Assembly (NCBI GenBank): GCA_016125135.1 | Contig: WGMJ01000010.1 | Span: 35,885-99,884 of the forward strand | Direction: 5' to 3' | Origin: Alphaproteobacteria bacterium | Lineage (GTDB): Bacteria > Pseudomonadota > Alphaproteobacteria > Micavibrionales > Micavibrionaceae | Length of the DNA stretch: 64,000 bases | Program-made: the position numbers and the translations under genes | The notes under the pieces: generated by a model | What the model was told of the DNA's origin: nothing | The model's input: the letters and a program-made list of their open reading frames with translations, nothing else | Databases searched by the model: none | In this document: positions 9,607-17,443 of the stretch, piece after piece | How the letters are laid out: every line of letters begins with the position of its first letter | How positions within the stretch are numbered: the first letter of the stretch is position 1

Positions 9607-9807
9607 AAATTCAAATTCCTTTTTTGTAGTCAGGTACGCATGAGTACGCGCCAAGGTACGCACCTTGAACACGTTGCTCTGACTGGTTTTTTGATGAATG
9701 GCGGTGGGGCGCGTACCCAAAAAAATCTTCTGGCGCTAAAAAACTCCTGCGCCTAAGCCCGCCGCATAGGGTTCAATCGCCGGAAGTACCTTTTTTGCTA
9801 TAACAGG

Positions 9808-9856
9808 GAAGGGAAAAAGCAAAAGCCACGCCCAAAATGAATGGTTGCGTGGCTTT
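9808..9856 (-). terminator. Orphan rho-independent-type terminator on the minus strand
   Basis: 10-bp stem aaagccacgc (9822-9831) / gcgtggcttt (9847-9856). On the minus strand it is followed by TTTTGCTTTTTCCC. No minus-strand gene reads into it. Confidence 0.4.
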
Positions 9857-9918
9857 GAGATACTACTCCAGCGATTGTATTGATTAGACTAGGCTATTTT
9901 GTTCGACCTGTCCGCTCC

Positions 9919-9941
9919 AAAAATGTTCGCGAACATTTTTT
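9919..9941. other. Perfect AT-rich palindrome AAAAATGTTCG/CGAACATTTTT
   Basis: Read directly from the sequence. It lies between the MTase operon and hipB. Confidence 0.5.
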
Positions 9942-9970
9942 ACGAGGTTTTAGGATATCAGAAACTTTGC

Positions 9971-10003
9971 TTGATTTTTATTGTTAGTGATACTATAATA
10001 TCA
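9971..10003 (+). promoter_or_regulatory. hipBA promoter (TTGATT, 17-nt spacer, TATAAT) with a palindrome TGATA-N6-TATCA over the -10 element
   Basis: TTGATT at 9971-9976 and TATAAT at 9994-9999. The inverted repeat tgatactataatatca is at 9988-10003, 34 nt upstream of the hipB start. Confidence 0.55.
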
Positions 10004-10036
10004 ATATATAGAGATTAACTGAGAATTTAAGATATA

Positions 10037-10345
10037 ATGGTATCACTTATAACACCAGCGAAAGCGCAAAAAAAGCTCGCAGAACAAGCGCGAGCACGGC
10101 GTCTGCAAATGGAGTTAACGCAAGAAGGTCTTGCTGAGCGTTCTGGCGTCGCCTTGCCAACGCTTCGTAAGTTTGAGCGTACCGGCGCGCTATCTCTGGA
10201 ATCATTCCTCAAACTTCACATGGTGCTTGGTGGATTGGAGGACATCCTTAAAGCCACGCAAGTCAAAGATACGCTTTTCTCATCGATTGATGACGTGTTG
10301 GAAGCAGACAGCAATCCCACCCGCAAAAGAGGAAAACGTAAATGA
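10037..10345 (+). CDS. hipB: HipB-like XRE-family antitoxin
   Basis: HTH segment LTQEGLAERSGVALPTLRKFERTG. The 3' end overlaps the hipA start by 4 nt (ATGA). Confidence 0.8.
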   Translation: MVSLITPAKAQKKLAEQARARRLQMELTQEGLAERSGVALPTLRKFERTGALSLESFLKLHMVLGGLEDILKATQVKDTLFSSIDDVLEADSNPTRKRGKRK

Positions 10346-11571
10346 GCGAGATTAAATCAGTCAAAGAAGTGAAGGTTGGCATTAACTTTGGAAGTAGCGT
10401 TCAGCCTGTCGGGCGTTTGGCCATTCGAGATCGCCAGATCTATTTCGAGTATGATCAATCCTTCATTGAAGGCGGTCTTGAAATTTCGCCCTTATGGTTA
10501 CCGCTTAAATCTGGTGTGCAGAACTTTGATTATGATCTTTTTGAAGGCTTGCCAGGTGTGTTTAACGACAGCCTGCCTGATGGTTGGGGACGGTTGCTGT
10601 TTGATCGTTTTGCCCGCACTCAAGGAATATTGCCAGCCAACATCACACCGCTGGATCGTTTGGCACATGTGGGATCACATGCCCTGGGTGCGCTTGTGTT
10701 TGAACCTGACCATAGCGCAGACGACACACAAGGTGACATAAGCCTTGATAACCTTGCTTTACTGGCACAAGAGGTTCTGGACGGCACATCGGATGACGTA
10801 TTGGCGGAGCTGATAGCCTTGAATGGATCTTCGGCGGGCGCACGGCCAAAAGCACTGATTGGTGTAAACGACAAACGGGATCATATCATTCATGGTGTAC
10901 ATGATTTACCCGCAGGGTATGCGCCATGGATGGTTAAATTCCCGAATAGTCAGGATGGCCTTGATGCTGGTGCAATCGAATATGTGTATGCGCTGATGGC
11001 GAAAGAGGCAGGCGTTTCCATGCCCGATGTTCATCTTTTCCCAGCACAGCGCGGCGCAGGTTATTTTGCGATTAAGCGGTTTGATCGTGATGGTGACAAG
11101 CGATACCACATGCATACGGCTTGCGGATTATTGCATTCGGATTTCCGCACACCATCGCTTGATTATGAAGATTTGATCGCGTTGACTGGCATGCTGACCC
11201 GTGATGTTCGCGAGGTTGAAAAACTCTATCAACTGGCCGTGTTTAACGTGTTGGCGCATAACCGTGACGATCATTCAAAGAACTTCAGCTATTTGATGGA
11301 TAGTCAAGGCGGGTGGAAACTTTCACCGGCTTATGATCTGACATTCTCATCTGGCCCACGCGGTGAGCAAAGCACGATGGTTATGGGTGAAGGTAGAAAT
11401 CCAAATACAAGCCATCTGTTAAAACTGGCCGATGAAGCGAAAATCAAAAAAGACCGCGCCGCCGAGATTATTGAGGCCACAAAATCCAGCCTGTCCAAAT
11501 GGCCAACACTTGCAAAGCAATATGGCGTGAGCGATACGAACATTAAGCTGATTACTGATAAAATTGCATAA
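10342..11571 (+). CDS. hipA: HipA-family serine/threonine kinase toxin
   Basis: 409 aa. N-terminal coupling domain (LPGVFNDSLPDGWG) and kinase core (NRDDHSKNFS, PAYDL). Confidence 0.9.
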   Translation: MSEIKSVKEVKVGINFGSSVQPVGRLAIRDRQIYFEYDQSFIEGGLEISPLWLPLKSGVQNFDYDLFEGLPGVFNDSLPDGWGRLLFDRFARTQGILPANITPLDRLAHVGSHALGALVFEPDHSADDTQGDISLDNLALLAQEVLDGTSDDVLAELIALNGSSAGARPKALIGVNDKRDHIIHGVHDLPAGYAPWMVKFPNSQDGLDAGAIEYVYALMAKEAGVSMPDVHLFPAQRGAGYFAIKRFDRDGDKRYHMHTACGLLHSDFRTPSLDYEDLIALTGMLTRDVREVEKLYQLAVFNVLAHNRDDHSKNFSYLMDSQGGWKLSPAYDLTFSSGPRGEQSTMVMGEGRNPNTSHLLKLADEAKIKKDRAAEIIEATKSSLSKWPTLAKQYGVSDTNIKLITDKIA

Positions 11572-11607
11572 GAGCCAGCAATCATAAAAACTGAAGGCTC
11601 TTATGCA
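11565..11607. terminator. Hairpin between the convergent hipA and cop operon ends
   Basis: 12-bp stem tgcataagagcc (11565-11576) / ggctcttatgca (11596-11607) with a 19-nt loop. Confidence 0.45.
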
Positions 11608-11615
11608 TTATTGGA

Positions 11616-12041
11616 TTAATGACCCATATGTTTGTAAAGGTTTTCTTCCGTTTCAAAGTAATAAACCTTACCTGATTCATCTGCGCCGATAATTGCAGAT
11701 GCCTTATCAACCTCCGCACCACTGATAGGATCAGTTGCTTTACGGATTGAAGCATCTTGGTTCAGACGATCTTTGCACATTGGGCAGCAGCCATAGTAAG
11801 TTTTACCTTCAACCTCAACAGCAATCTGCTCGCGATCAAACACAGTGTCATTGACCATACAGACTTTCGAAGCTTCGACCTGACGTACAGATTTGGCTTC
11901 TGCCATATGCTCATGCCCTCCATGATCCATCATTTCCATTTGGTGCTGATCATGGTTCATCGCGCCATGGTGATTTTCTTCTGCCATCGCTGTTCCTGTA
12001 AAGATCAGCATAGAGATTGCGAGTATTGTAAGGGTTTTCAT
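11616..12041 (-). CDS. Secreted His/Met-rich metal-binding protein with a CMVN...GCCPMC motif (CopG / YHS-like)
   Basis: Signal peptide, then HHGAMNHDQHQMEMMDHGGHEH, then VCMVNDTVF...KTYYGCCPMCKDRL. It is the last gene of the copper operon. Confidence 0.6.
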   Translation of the reverse strand: MKTLTILAISMLIFTGTAMAEENHHGAMNHDQHQMEMMDHGGHEHMAEAKSVRQVEASKVCMVNDTVFDREQIAVEVEGKTYYGCCPMCKDRLNQDASIRKATDPISGAEVDKASAIIGADESGKVYYFETEENLYKHMGH

Positions 12042-12058
12042 TTTTTCGTCCTTTCGGT

Positions 12059-12655
12059 TTAGTGGTTATGAGTTGAATGATCGTGATCGTCATGACCATG
12101 ATCAGTTTGAGTTTCCGGATTTGGTTTTGCTGTATTTTCACCATGGTGAGGCATGGGCATTTCATGATGTTCATTGCCACCATGAGAATGAGAGCCATGC
12201 CCGCCATCGCCATGAATTTCGGGCATACGCATCACACCAGTGCCGTGGCGATAAACGACTTCCGCTCCCTTATAGCCTGTAAGAGCCAGTAAGGGACTGG
12301 CCAGCAACATAGCAATGAGGAAGACAAGAGAAACCGTTTTGGCTCCACGTTGTTTTGCCAGCGCCCATCCCGCCAGTAAAAGATACACCGCAGCCGTCGG
12401 CAGTGCCCAGTTGCGGTGATCTGTCATGGCCTGATGGGACATGCCGTCATGTGCGACCGTATTGTAGGCGTACAAACCAGCCGCCACTGTGCCGATTGTG
12501 ATCAAAGCCCCCAGCCATAAATTCCAGCGTGCCGCAATCAGCAAGTTTTCTTTTTTCAAAGCATAACCTGCAGCATACAGAGCCGTTGAGATAGCTAGAA
12601 GCCCAATGGTAAAATGCACCAAGATAGGATGCCAGTTTGGAATAATTTCAATCAT
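12059..12655 (-). CDS. DUF2231-like membrane protein with a His-rich C-terminal tail
   Basis: The N-terminus HPILVHFTIGLL is typical of DUF2231, and four TM segments are present. The tail reads HGDGGHGSHSHGGNEHHEMPMPHHGE...HGHDDHDHSTHNH. Confidence 0.65.
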   Translation of the reverse strand: MIEIIPNWHPILVHFTIGLLAISTALYAAGYALKKENLLIAARWNLWLGALITIGTVAAGLYAYNTVAHDGMSHQAMTDHRNWALPTAAVYLLLAGWALAKQRGAKTVSLVFLIAMLLASPLLALTGYKGAEVVYRHGTGVMRMPEIHGDGGHGSHSHGGNEHHEMPMPHHGENTAKPNPETQTDHGHDDHDHSTHNH

Positions 12656-12665
12656 CGCATCCTCC

Positions 12666-13382
12666 TTAAAACATCCATTTCACACCAACAGTACCGACAA
12701 CCGCATCGTTGTCTTCACCATTACTTTTGGCAATTGACGAGGTTTCACCAAATTTTCGCTCGTATTTCACATCAACATAAGGTGCAAATGCTCTGGTGAA
12801 CTCATAACGGGTTTGTAAGCCAAGTTCCGCACTGGACAACCCAGCACCCACCTCAAGCTCCGGCACATCCTGAGCAAACAGATTTGCCTCAACATAAGGC
12901 TGGGTGATCAGTTTTTGCGTGATGAGGAACTCGTTTTCCTGACGAATACGCGCACTCACATCACCATCTTCACTGACAAACAAATGGGCTTCGGTTTCAA
13001 AGAAATACGGTGCAAGCCCCTCAAAGCCGATCACCCCATAGGTTAGTGAATCAGGTTGCGTATCATGGCGAACACCAATCTGTGCATCCCAAAACGCCCC
13101 GATATTGCGGCTATACATCGCCCAGAACTCAGCTTGATTGGTGACACCGTTTTCTCGTTCGCCTTCGGATTTTAACCAGAGCTTATTTTCATCTGTACCG
13201 ATCCAGCCGTCAAAGTCCCAATCGGCAAGTCCAGCGCCGTCATCTGTGCCACCCAAACCTGTTTCCAAGCGAAAGGCGTGATAGACAGCGCCACCATGTT
13301 CGTCACCTGCAAATGCAGGCGTTGCCAGGGTTGAAAGTGTTGTGGCACATAATGCCACGAGCATAAGTTTCTTAATGAGCAT
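12666..13382 (-). CDS. copB: Copper resistance protein B (outer-membrane CopB/PcoB family)
   Basis: Signal peptide and a beta-barrel-like sequence ending in ...VGVKWMF. It overlaps the end of copA. Confidence 0.85.
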   Translation of the reverse strand: MLIKKLMLVALCATTLSTLATPAFAGDEHGGAVYHAFRLETGLGGTDDGAGLADWDFDGWIGTDENKLWLKSEGERENGVTNQAEFWAMYSRNIGAFWDAQIGVRHDTQPDSLTYGVIGFEGLAPYFFETEAHLFVSEDGDVSARIRQENEFLITQKLITQPYVEANLFAQDVPELEVGAGLSSAELGLQTRYEFTRAFAPYVDVKYERKFGETSSIAKSNGEDNDAVVGTVGVKWMF

Positions 13383-15264
13383 GATTGTGCCCTCCTTGAG
13401 TGTCTTGTTGTTTTGTGTAGGCTGAATGATCCATGGTCGGCATATCGCCGCTCATATCATGGTTGTCATGGTTCATTTGTGAATGATCCATTTTGCTGTG
13501 ATCCATCGCGCCATGATCCATATTTTCCATTGAGTGCTTTTGATGATCCATCATCTTTTGCGCTTTAGGAGAATAGGATTTAACAGGCACTTGTGATGTG
13601 TCTAACTTAGCAACGACAACCTTGTTCATCATTCCTGCCATCATGTGATAGAGCAAGTGACAGTGGAATGCCCACTCACCAGCTTCATCCGCCGTTAAGA
13701 GAACAGAATAAGTGTCACCCGGAGCCACTATCACAGTATGCTTATTAGGAAGTTTGGACATAGGCTGCCCGTTTTCAAGCTGTACAAACATGCCATGTAA
13801 ATGCATCGGATGCGCCATCATTGTGTCATTGATGAAGGTTAACCGAACACGTTCCCCGTAACTCAAGTTAATTGGTCCGGAGTCTTCATATTTCTTCCCA
13901 TTGAGCGTCCAAATATAGCGCTCCATGTTACCACCCAGACGAACTGTGATTTCACGCTCCGGCATACGTTGGTCTTTTTGAATGCCCGCATAGCGCAAAT
14001 CTTTATAGCTAAGCGCTTTCTGGCCTGCAGGTGTATTCGCATTAGCCCAACCACTGCCCGGAACACCTGTGACAAAATCTTTAGCAGGAGATCCAGTTGT
14101 GTTGGCAGTATGTGACCCATGATCCATAGAATCCATGTCATGGCCATTATGATTCATTTGACCGTGACCCATACTGGAATGATCCATTCCAGACATATCA
14201 TGATCCATGCCCATATCCGCCATTGTCAGTAAGCTCATCGGACGTTGTGCGGGCTTCTCACCACGCATACCATTCTGTGGAGCTAGTGTTGCCAAAGCAA
14301 ACCCTGTGCGATCAATAGGTTCTGCCGCAATGGTGTAGGCTTTATCCTCTTTAGGCTCGACAATCACATCATAGGTTTCAGCAACGCCAAAGCGGAATTC
14401 ATCAACTTTGACTGGTTCAACAGGCTGACCATCCGCAGCCACAACCGTCATTTTAAGTCCGGGGATACGAACATCATAAAACGACATGGCAGAAGCATTG
14501 ATAAAACGAAGACGAACCTTTTCACCGGGTTTGAATAATCCTGTCCAGTTCTGATCAGATGTTTTGCCGTTTACAAGAAAGGTGTAATTGCTGATATCTG
14601 CCAAATCCGTTGGCAGCATCCGCATTTCACCCCACATCTTCGCATTTTCCCATGCTTTGCCAAAACCATCTTTTTTGGCGCTTGAGAAGAAATCTCCTAA
14701 CGTTCTTCGAACATAGACGTAGTATTCTGATGATTTTTTCAAATTAGACATGATGGTATTCCCTTCATCGTCATGAAAATCAGAGAGAAGTACGACATAG
14801 TCGCGGTCTGTTTTGATTTTATCGCCGCCTTTGGGATGGATAATGATAGAGCCGTAATGCCCGTCTTGTTCCTGCGCCATAGAGTGGGCGTGATACCAGT
14901 ACGTACCGTCCTGACGTATTTTGAAGCGATAGGTAAAGGTTTCACCGGGTTTAATCCCGGGGAAGCCGTTAAAATTCGGTACACCATCCATTTCACCGGG
15001 GAGTAAAAGCCCATGCCAGTGAACCGAGCTATCTTCCTTCATTTTATTGGTGACATGAATAACGGCCTCATCACCATCGGTAAATTCCAGAGTTGGCCCC
15101 GGAATAGTACCGTTGATGGTAATGCGTTTGAGAGGTTTTCCTGTGATATTCACGGTCTCTTTATCGATCACCAGTGAATATTCTTGAGTTTTGGCAAAAG
15201 CAGGAGCGCTTAATCCTAATATTAGCCCCATGATTGCCAGCATTTTTGCTGTTTGTTTGATCAT
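13372..15264 (-). CDS. copA: Copper-resistance multicopper oxidase CopA/PcoA
   Basis: MCO copper ligand motifs (HWHG, WYHAH, HPMHLHG, HCHLLYHMMAGM) plus Met/His-rich MDH repeats. Confidence 0.95.
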   Translation of the reverse strand: MIKQTAKMLAIMGLILGLSAPAFAKTQEYSLVIDKETVNITGKPLKRITINGTIPGPTLEFTDGDEAVIHVTNKMKEDSSVHWHGLLLPGEMDGVPNFNGFPGIKPGETFTYRFKIRQDGTYWYHAHSMAQEQDGHYGSIIIHPKGGDKIKTDRDYVVLLSDFHDDEGNTIMSNLKKSSEYYVYVRRTLGDFFSSAKKDGFGKAWENAKMWGEMRMLPTDLADISNYTFLVNGKTSDQNWTGLFKPGEKVRLRFINASAMSFYDVRIPGLKMTVVAADGQPVEPVKVDEFRFGVAETYDVIVEPKEDKAYTIAAEPIDRTGFALATLAPQNGMRGEKPAQRPMSLLTMADMGMDHDMSGMDHSSMGHGQMNHNGHDMDSMDHGSHTANTTGSPAKDFVTGVPGSGWANANTPAGQKALSYKDLRYAGIQKDQRMPEREITVRLGGNMERYIWTLNGKKYEDSGPINLSYGERVRLTFINDTMMAHPMHLHGMFVQLENGQPMSKLPNKHTVIVAPGDTYSVLLTADEAGEWAFHCHLLYHMMAGMMNKVVVAKLDTSQVPVKSYSPKAQKMMDHQKHSMENMDHGAMDHSKMDHSQMNHDNHDMSGDMPTMDHSAYTKQQDTQGGHNHAH

Positions 15265-15353
15265 TGTTTAATCCTTTTTCTTAGTTTGAATGCATCTATT
15301 CAGCAATTCTCACGCATGAGAAACGCTTTTCAGATGATGTAGAATAAAAAGGA

Positions 15354-15761
15354 TTAGGCTTTTGGAGGGCGTTTCAGCAGATATGCAATAGAATCGTCGT
15401 GACGTTCATTACTTGTAATAAACGAAAGCTTTTTAGAAATTGCACTGAAAGCTGATGATAGCGTCTGATGGAGAGTTTGCGTTTTCGCACAGCCATTCAT
15501 CATACATTGGCAATCGCCATCACAGCATTTTTTATGGTCATCATTACCCTGATTATCGTTGGCTTGTTTGTCTTTACAGCAAGAATGATCCGCTGCCATA
15601 TCTGTCGAGGCATGGTGATGTTGACCGTCAGCATGCTCAGCCATTTTATGAGACATCATCTGGTGATCCGCCATTGATGCGGGCATAGCCATGGCAAGGC
15701 TAGGCATCGTGGACACCACGAATGCTAACAAAACCATAATATGCATCAAACGTTTCAACAT
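15354..15761 (-). CDS. Small secreted Cys/His/Met-rich protein (CopL-like)
   Basis: Signal peptide, then HQMMSHKMAEHADGQHHH and CCKDK...KKCCDGDCQC. Confidence 0.5.
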   Translation of the reverse strand: MLKRLMHIMVLLAFVVSTMPSLAMAMPASMADHQMMSHKMAEHADGQHHHASTDMAADHSCCKDKQANDNQGNDDHKKCCDGDCQCMMNGCAKTQTLHQTLSSAFSAISKKLSFITSNERHDDSIAYLLKRPPKA

Positions 15762-15806
15762 GTTCTCAATTATACGCTTTTCTTGTTAATTGTCCATAAA
15801 GGGCTG

Positions 15807-16916
15807 TTAACCATAAATATTTATGAGCCACGCCACGAGTAAAACTTGCGGCACAGTAATTAATGGCAAGAACAAAGCCAGTTTCCAGCTTTTGGCCGTG
15901 TCCTTCAAAATCATAATTTCTGTGTAGTCCGTAGCAACACCTGCCATAAGGAAAGCAAAACCATTTCCCGGGGCCTTGGCGCGGGTTAAAATATCGGCGG
16001 CAATAGGTGTAGAGCCTTCTGAGCAGACTTCCAAAACCGTTGCCACAAATACTGTTATGATAAGGCCGATAAAAGTTGGGCCAAAGAACTGCTCAAACTG
16101 TGATGGATCAAGTACGGCACGCAATACAGCGGCAAGTAAGATTCCAAACAATAACCAGCGCACAACCATTTTTGAGTCTTTAACGCCACTAATCACCATT
16201 TCTTTAAAGAAAGTCAGATTAAAACGCGTATGTTTCATGCGCGTTTTAGCCTCTTGCCAGAATTGAAAATCATCGGGCAATGACACTTCATTATGATTGG
16301 CAGGCAGCACTTTTCTGGCAACTAGCCGATCAAATATCCAACCCGTCACAAGAGCGATAATCATGGAGAGAACAATAAATGCCACTGTCCATTTAAGGCC
16401 AATTAAACCTATCAGAACCAAGGTTAGTGAAAATGAATTCCAAGGGCTTGCCAATAGAAACGCAATAACTTGTCCAGCACTTGCCCCACGCTCATATAGT
16501 TTTGTAGCGACCATCAAAATACCATGGGAACATAAATCGAGAAGCACCCCAGCGCCTGTTGCACGCAAAAGCCCAGATACAGTTCCACCCTTACCAAGCA
16601 TGGACATGATAAATTCACGTGGCACTTTAGATAAAAGACCGACAAAAATAGCGCCAATAACAACACCCCACCACATCGCATGAACCATATGATGTGCGGT
16701 ATGCGCCATTGTTTCCAACCAAGGATAAGTGGTTATTTCATTCGGGGAAAAGACTCCTAAAACAAACAGTAAGGTCACTCCCAGAAATGATCCCCAGAAA
16801 AGAACATCAAAGCGTTTTTTATGATGGCCGTGGCTTTGATGCCCGCCATCGCTATGACATGAGGGCGCTTTCGGTTTCTCTTCTTCAATGTGACAACAGC
16901 TAGGTTTATGAGCCAT
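15807..16916 (-). CDS. Permease (UPF0718/DUF318-type) with an N-terminal Cys/His metal-binding extension
   Basis: Multi-TM protein. The N-terminus reads MAHKPSCCHIEEEKPKAPSCHSDGGHQSHGHH. Confidence 0.7.
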   Translation of the reverse strand: MAHKPSCCHIEEEKPKAPSCHSDGGHQSHGHHKKRFDVLFWGSFLGVTLLFVLGVFSPNEITTYPWLETMAHTAHHMVHAMWWGVVIGAIFVGLLSKVPREFIMSMLGKGGTVSGLLRATGAGVLLDLCSHGILMVATKLYERGASAGQVIAFLLASPWNSFSLTLVLIGLIGLKWTVAFIVLSMIIALVTGWIFDRLVARKVLPANHNEVSLPDDFQFWQEAKTRMKHTRFNLTFFKEMVISGVKDSKMVVRWLLFGILLAAVLRAVLDPSQFEQFFGPTFIGLIITVFVATVLEVCSEGSTPIAADILTRAKAPGNGFAFLMAGVATDYTEIMILKDTAKSWKLALFLPLITVPQVLLVAWLINIYG

Positions 16917-16927
16917 AGCGGGCCTCC

Positions 16928-17194
16928 TTATTCATACTTTTTAAGGAGTGTGACAATCTCCTCAATTTTTTTATTTTGTTCATCTGCGCTGTGACAACAG
17001 GCCTGATCGAGACAAGACTTCATGTGCGTTTCAAGAACGGCCAGCTCTACTGCCTTCAGAGCGCTTCGAGCCGCACGTATCTGCGTCATGATATCGACGC
17101 AGTATTTTCCTTCATCAATCATTCTTTTAACCGCCTCAACCTGACCGGAAACGCGGTTTAATTTTCCTAAATGATCTTTATGTGATGGATGCAT
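16928..17194 (-). CDS. csoR: CsoR/RcnR-family metal-sensing repressor with a Cys-His-Cys (CsoR-type, Cu(I)) ligand pattern
   Basis: 88-aa DUF156-type sequence (LNRVSGQVEAVKRMI). Cys in YCVD, plus His and Cys in THMKSC. Confidence 0.85.
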   Translation of the reverse strand: MHPSHKDHLGKLNRVSGQVEAVKRMIDEGKYCVDIMTQIRAARSALKAVELAVLETHMKSCLDQACCHSADEQNKKIEEIVTLLKKYE

Positions 17195-17214
17195 CGCTTT
17201 ATACCTATCTTAAT

Positions 17215-17256
17215 ATACCCTATATAGGTATATACCCCCATAGGGTATAATGTCAA
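17215..17256 (-). promoter_or_regulatory. csoR-cop promoter with two abutting CsoR-type operators
   Basis: ATACCCTATATAGGTAT (17215-17231) abuts ATACCCCCATAGGGTAT (17232-17248; 6-bp arms, 5-nt spacer). A minus-strand TTGACA lies at 17251-17256, so the second operator falls in the promoter spacer. Confidence 0.65.
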
Positions 17257-17257
17257 G

Positions 17258-17443
17258 TTATTTGTTATGATGCTGATGACCTGCCTCATACGCCTCCTGT
17301 AAAGCCTCTTTCAAAGACCAGACGGCCACATCGTGAAAATCAAGGCTGTCGCTGTTTCGGGTTTCCAGTGTTTCAAGATTCAAATGTTTCTTAGCGATTT
17401 TGACCAAAAGCTGGTCAATGTTCTGCTGGGTGGTTTTAGGCAT
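17258..17443 (-). CDS. Small hypothetical protein (62 aa), translationally coupled to the upstream gene
   Basis: The internal ATG at 17443 gives MPKTTQQNIDQLL...AYEAGHQHHNK. This start overlaps the upstream stop by 8 nt (ATGCCTAA). Confidence 0.55.
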   Translation of the reverse strand: MPKTTQQNIDQLLVKIAKKHLNLETLETRNSDSLDFHDVAVWSLKEALQEAYEAGHQHHNK

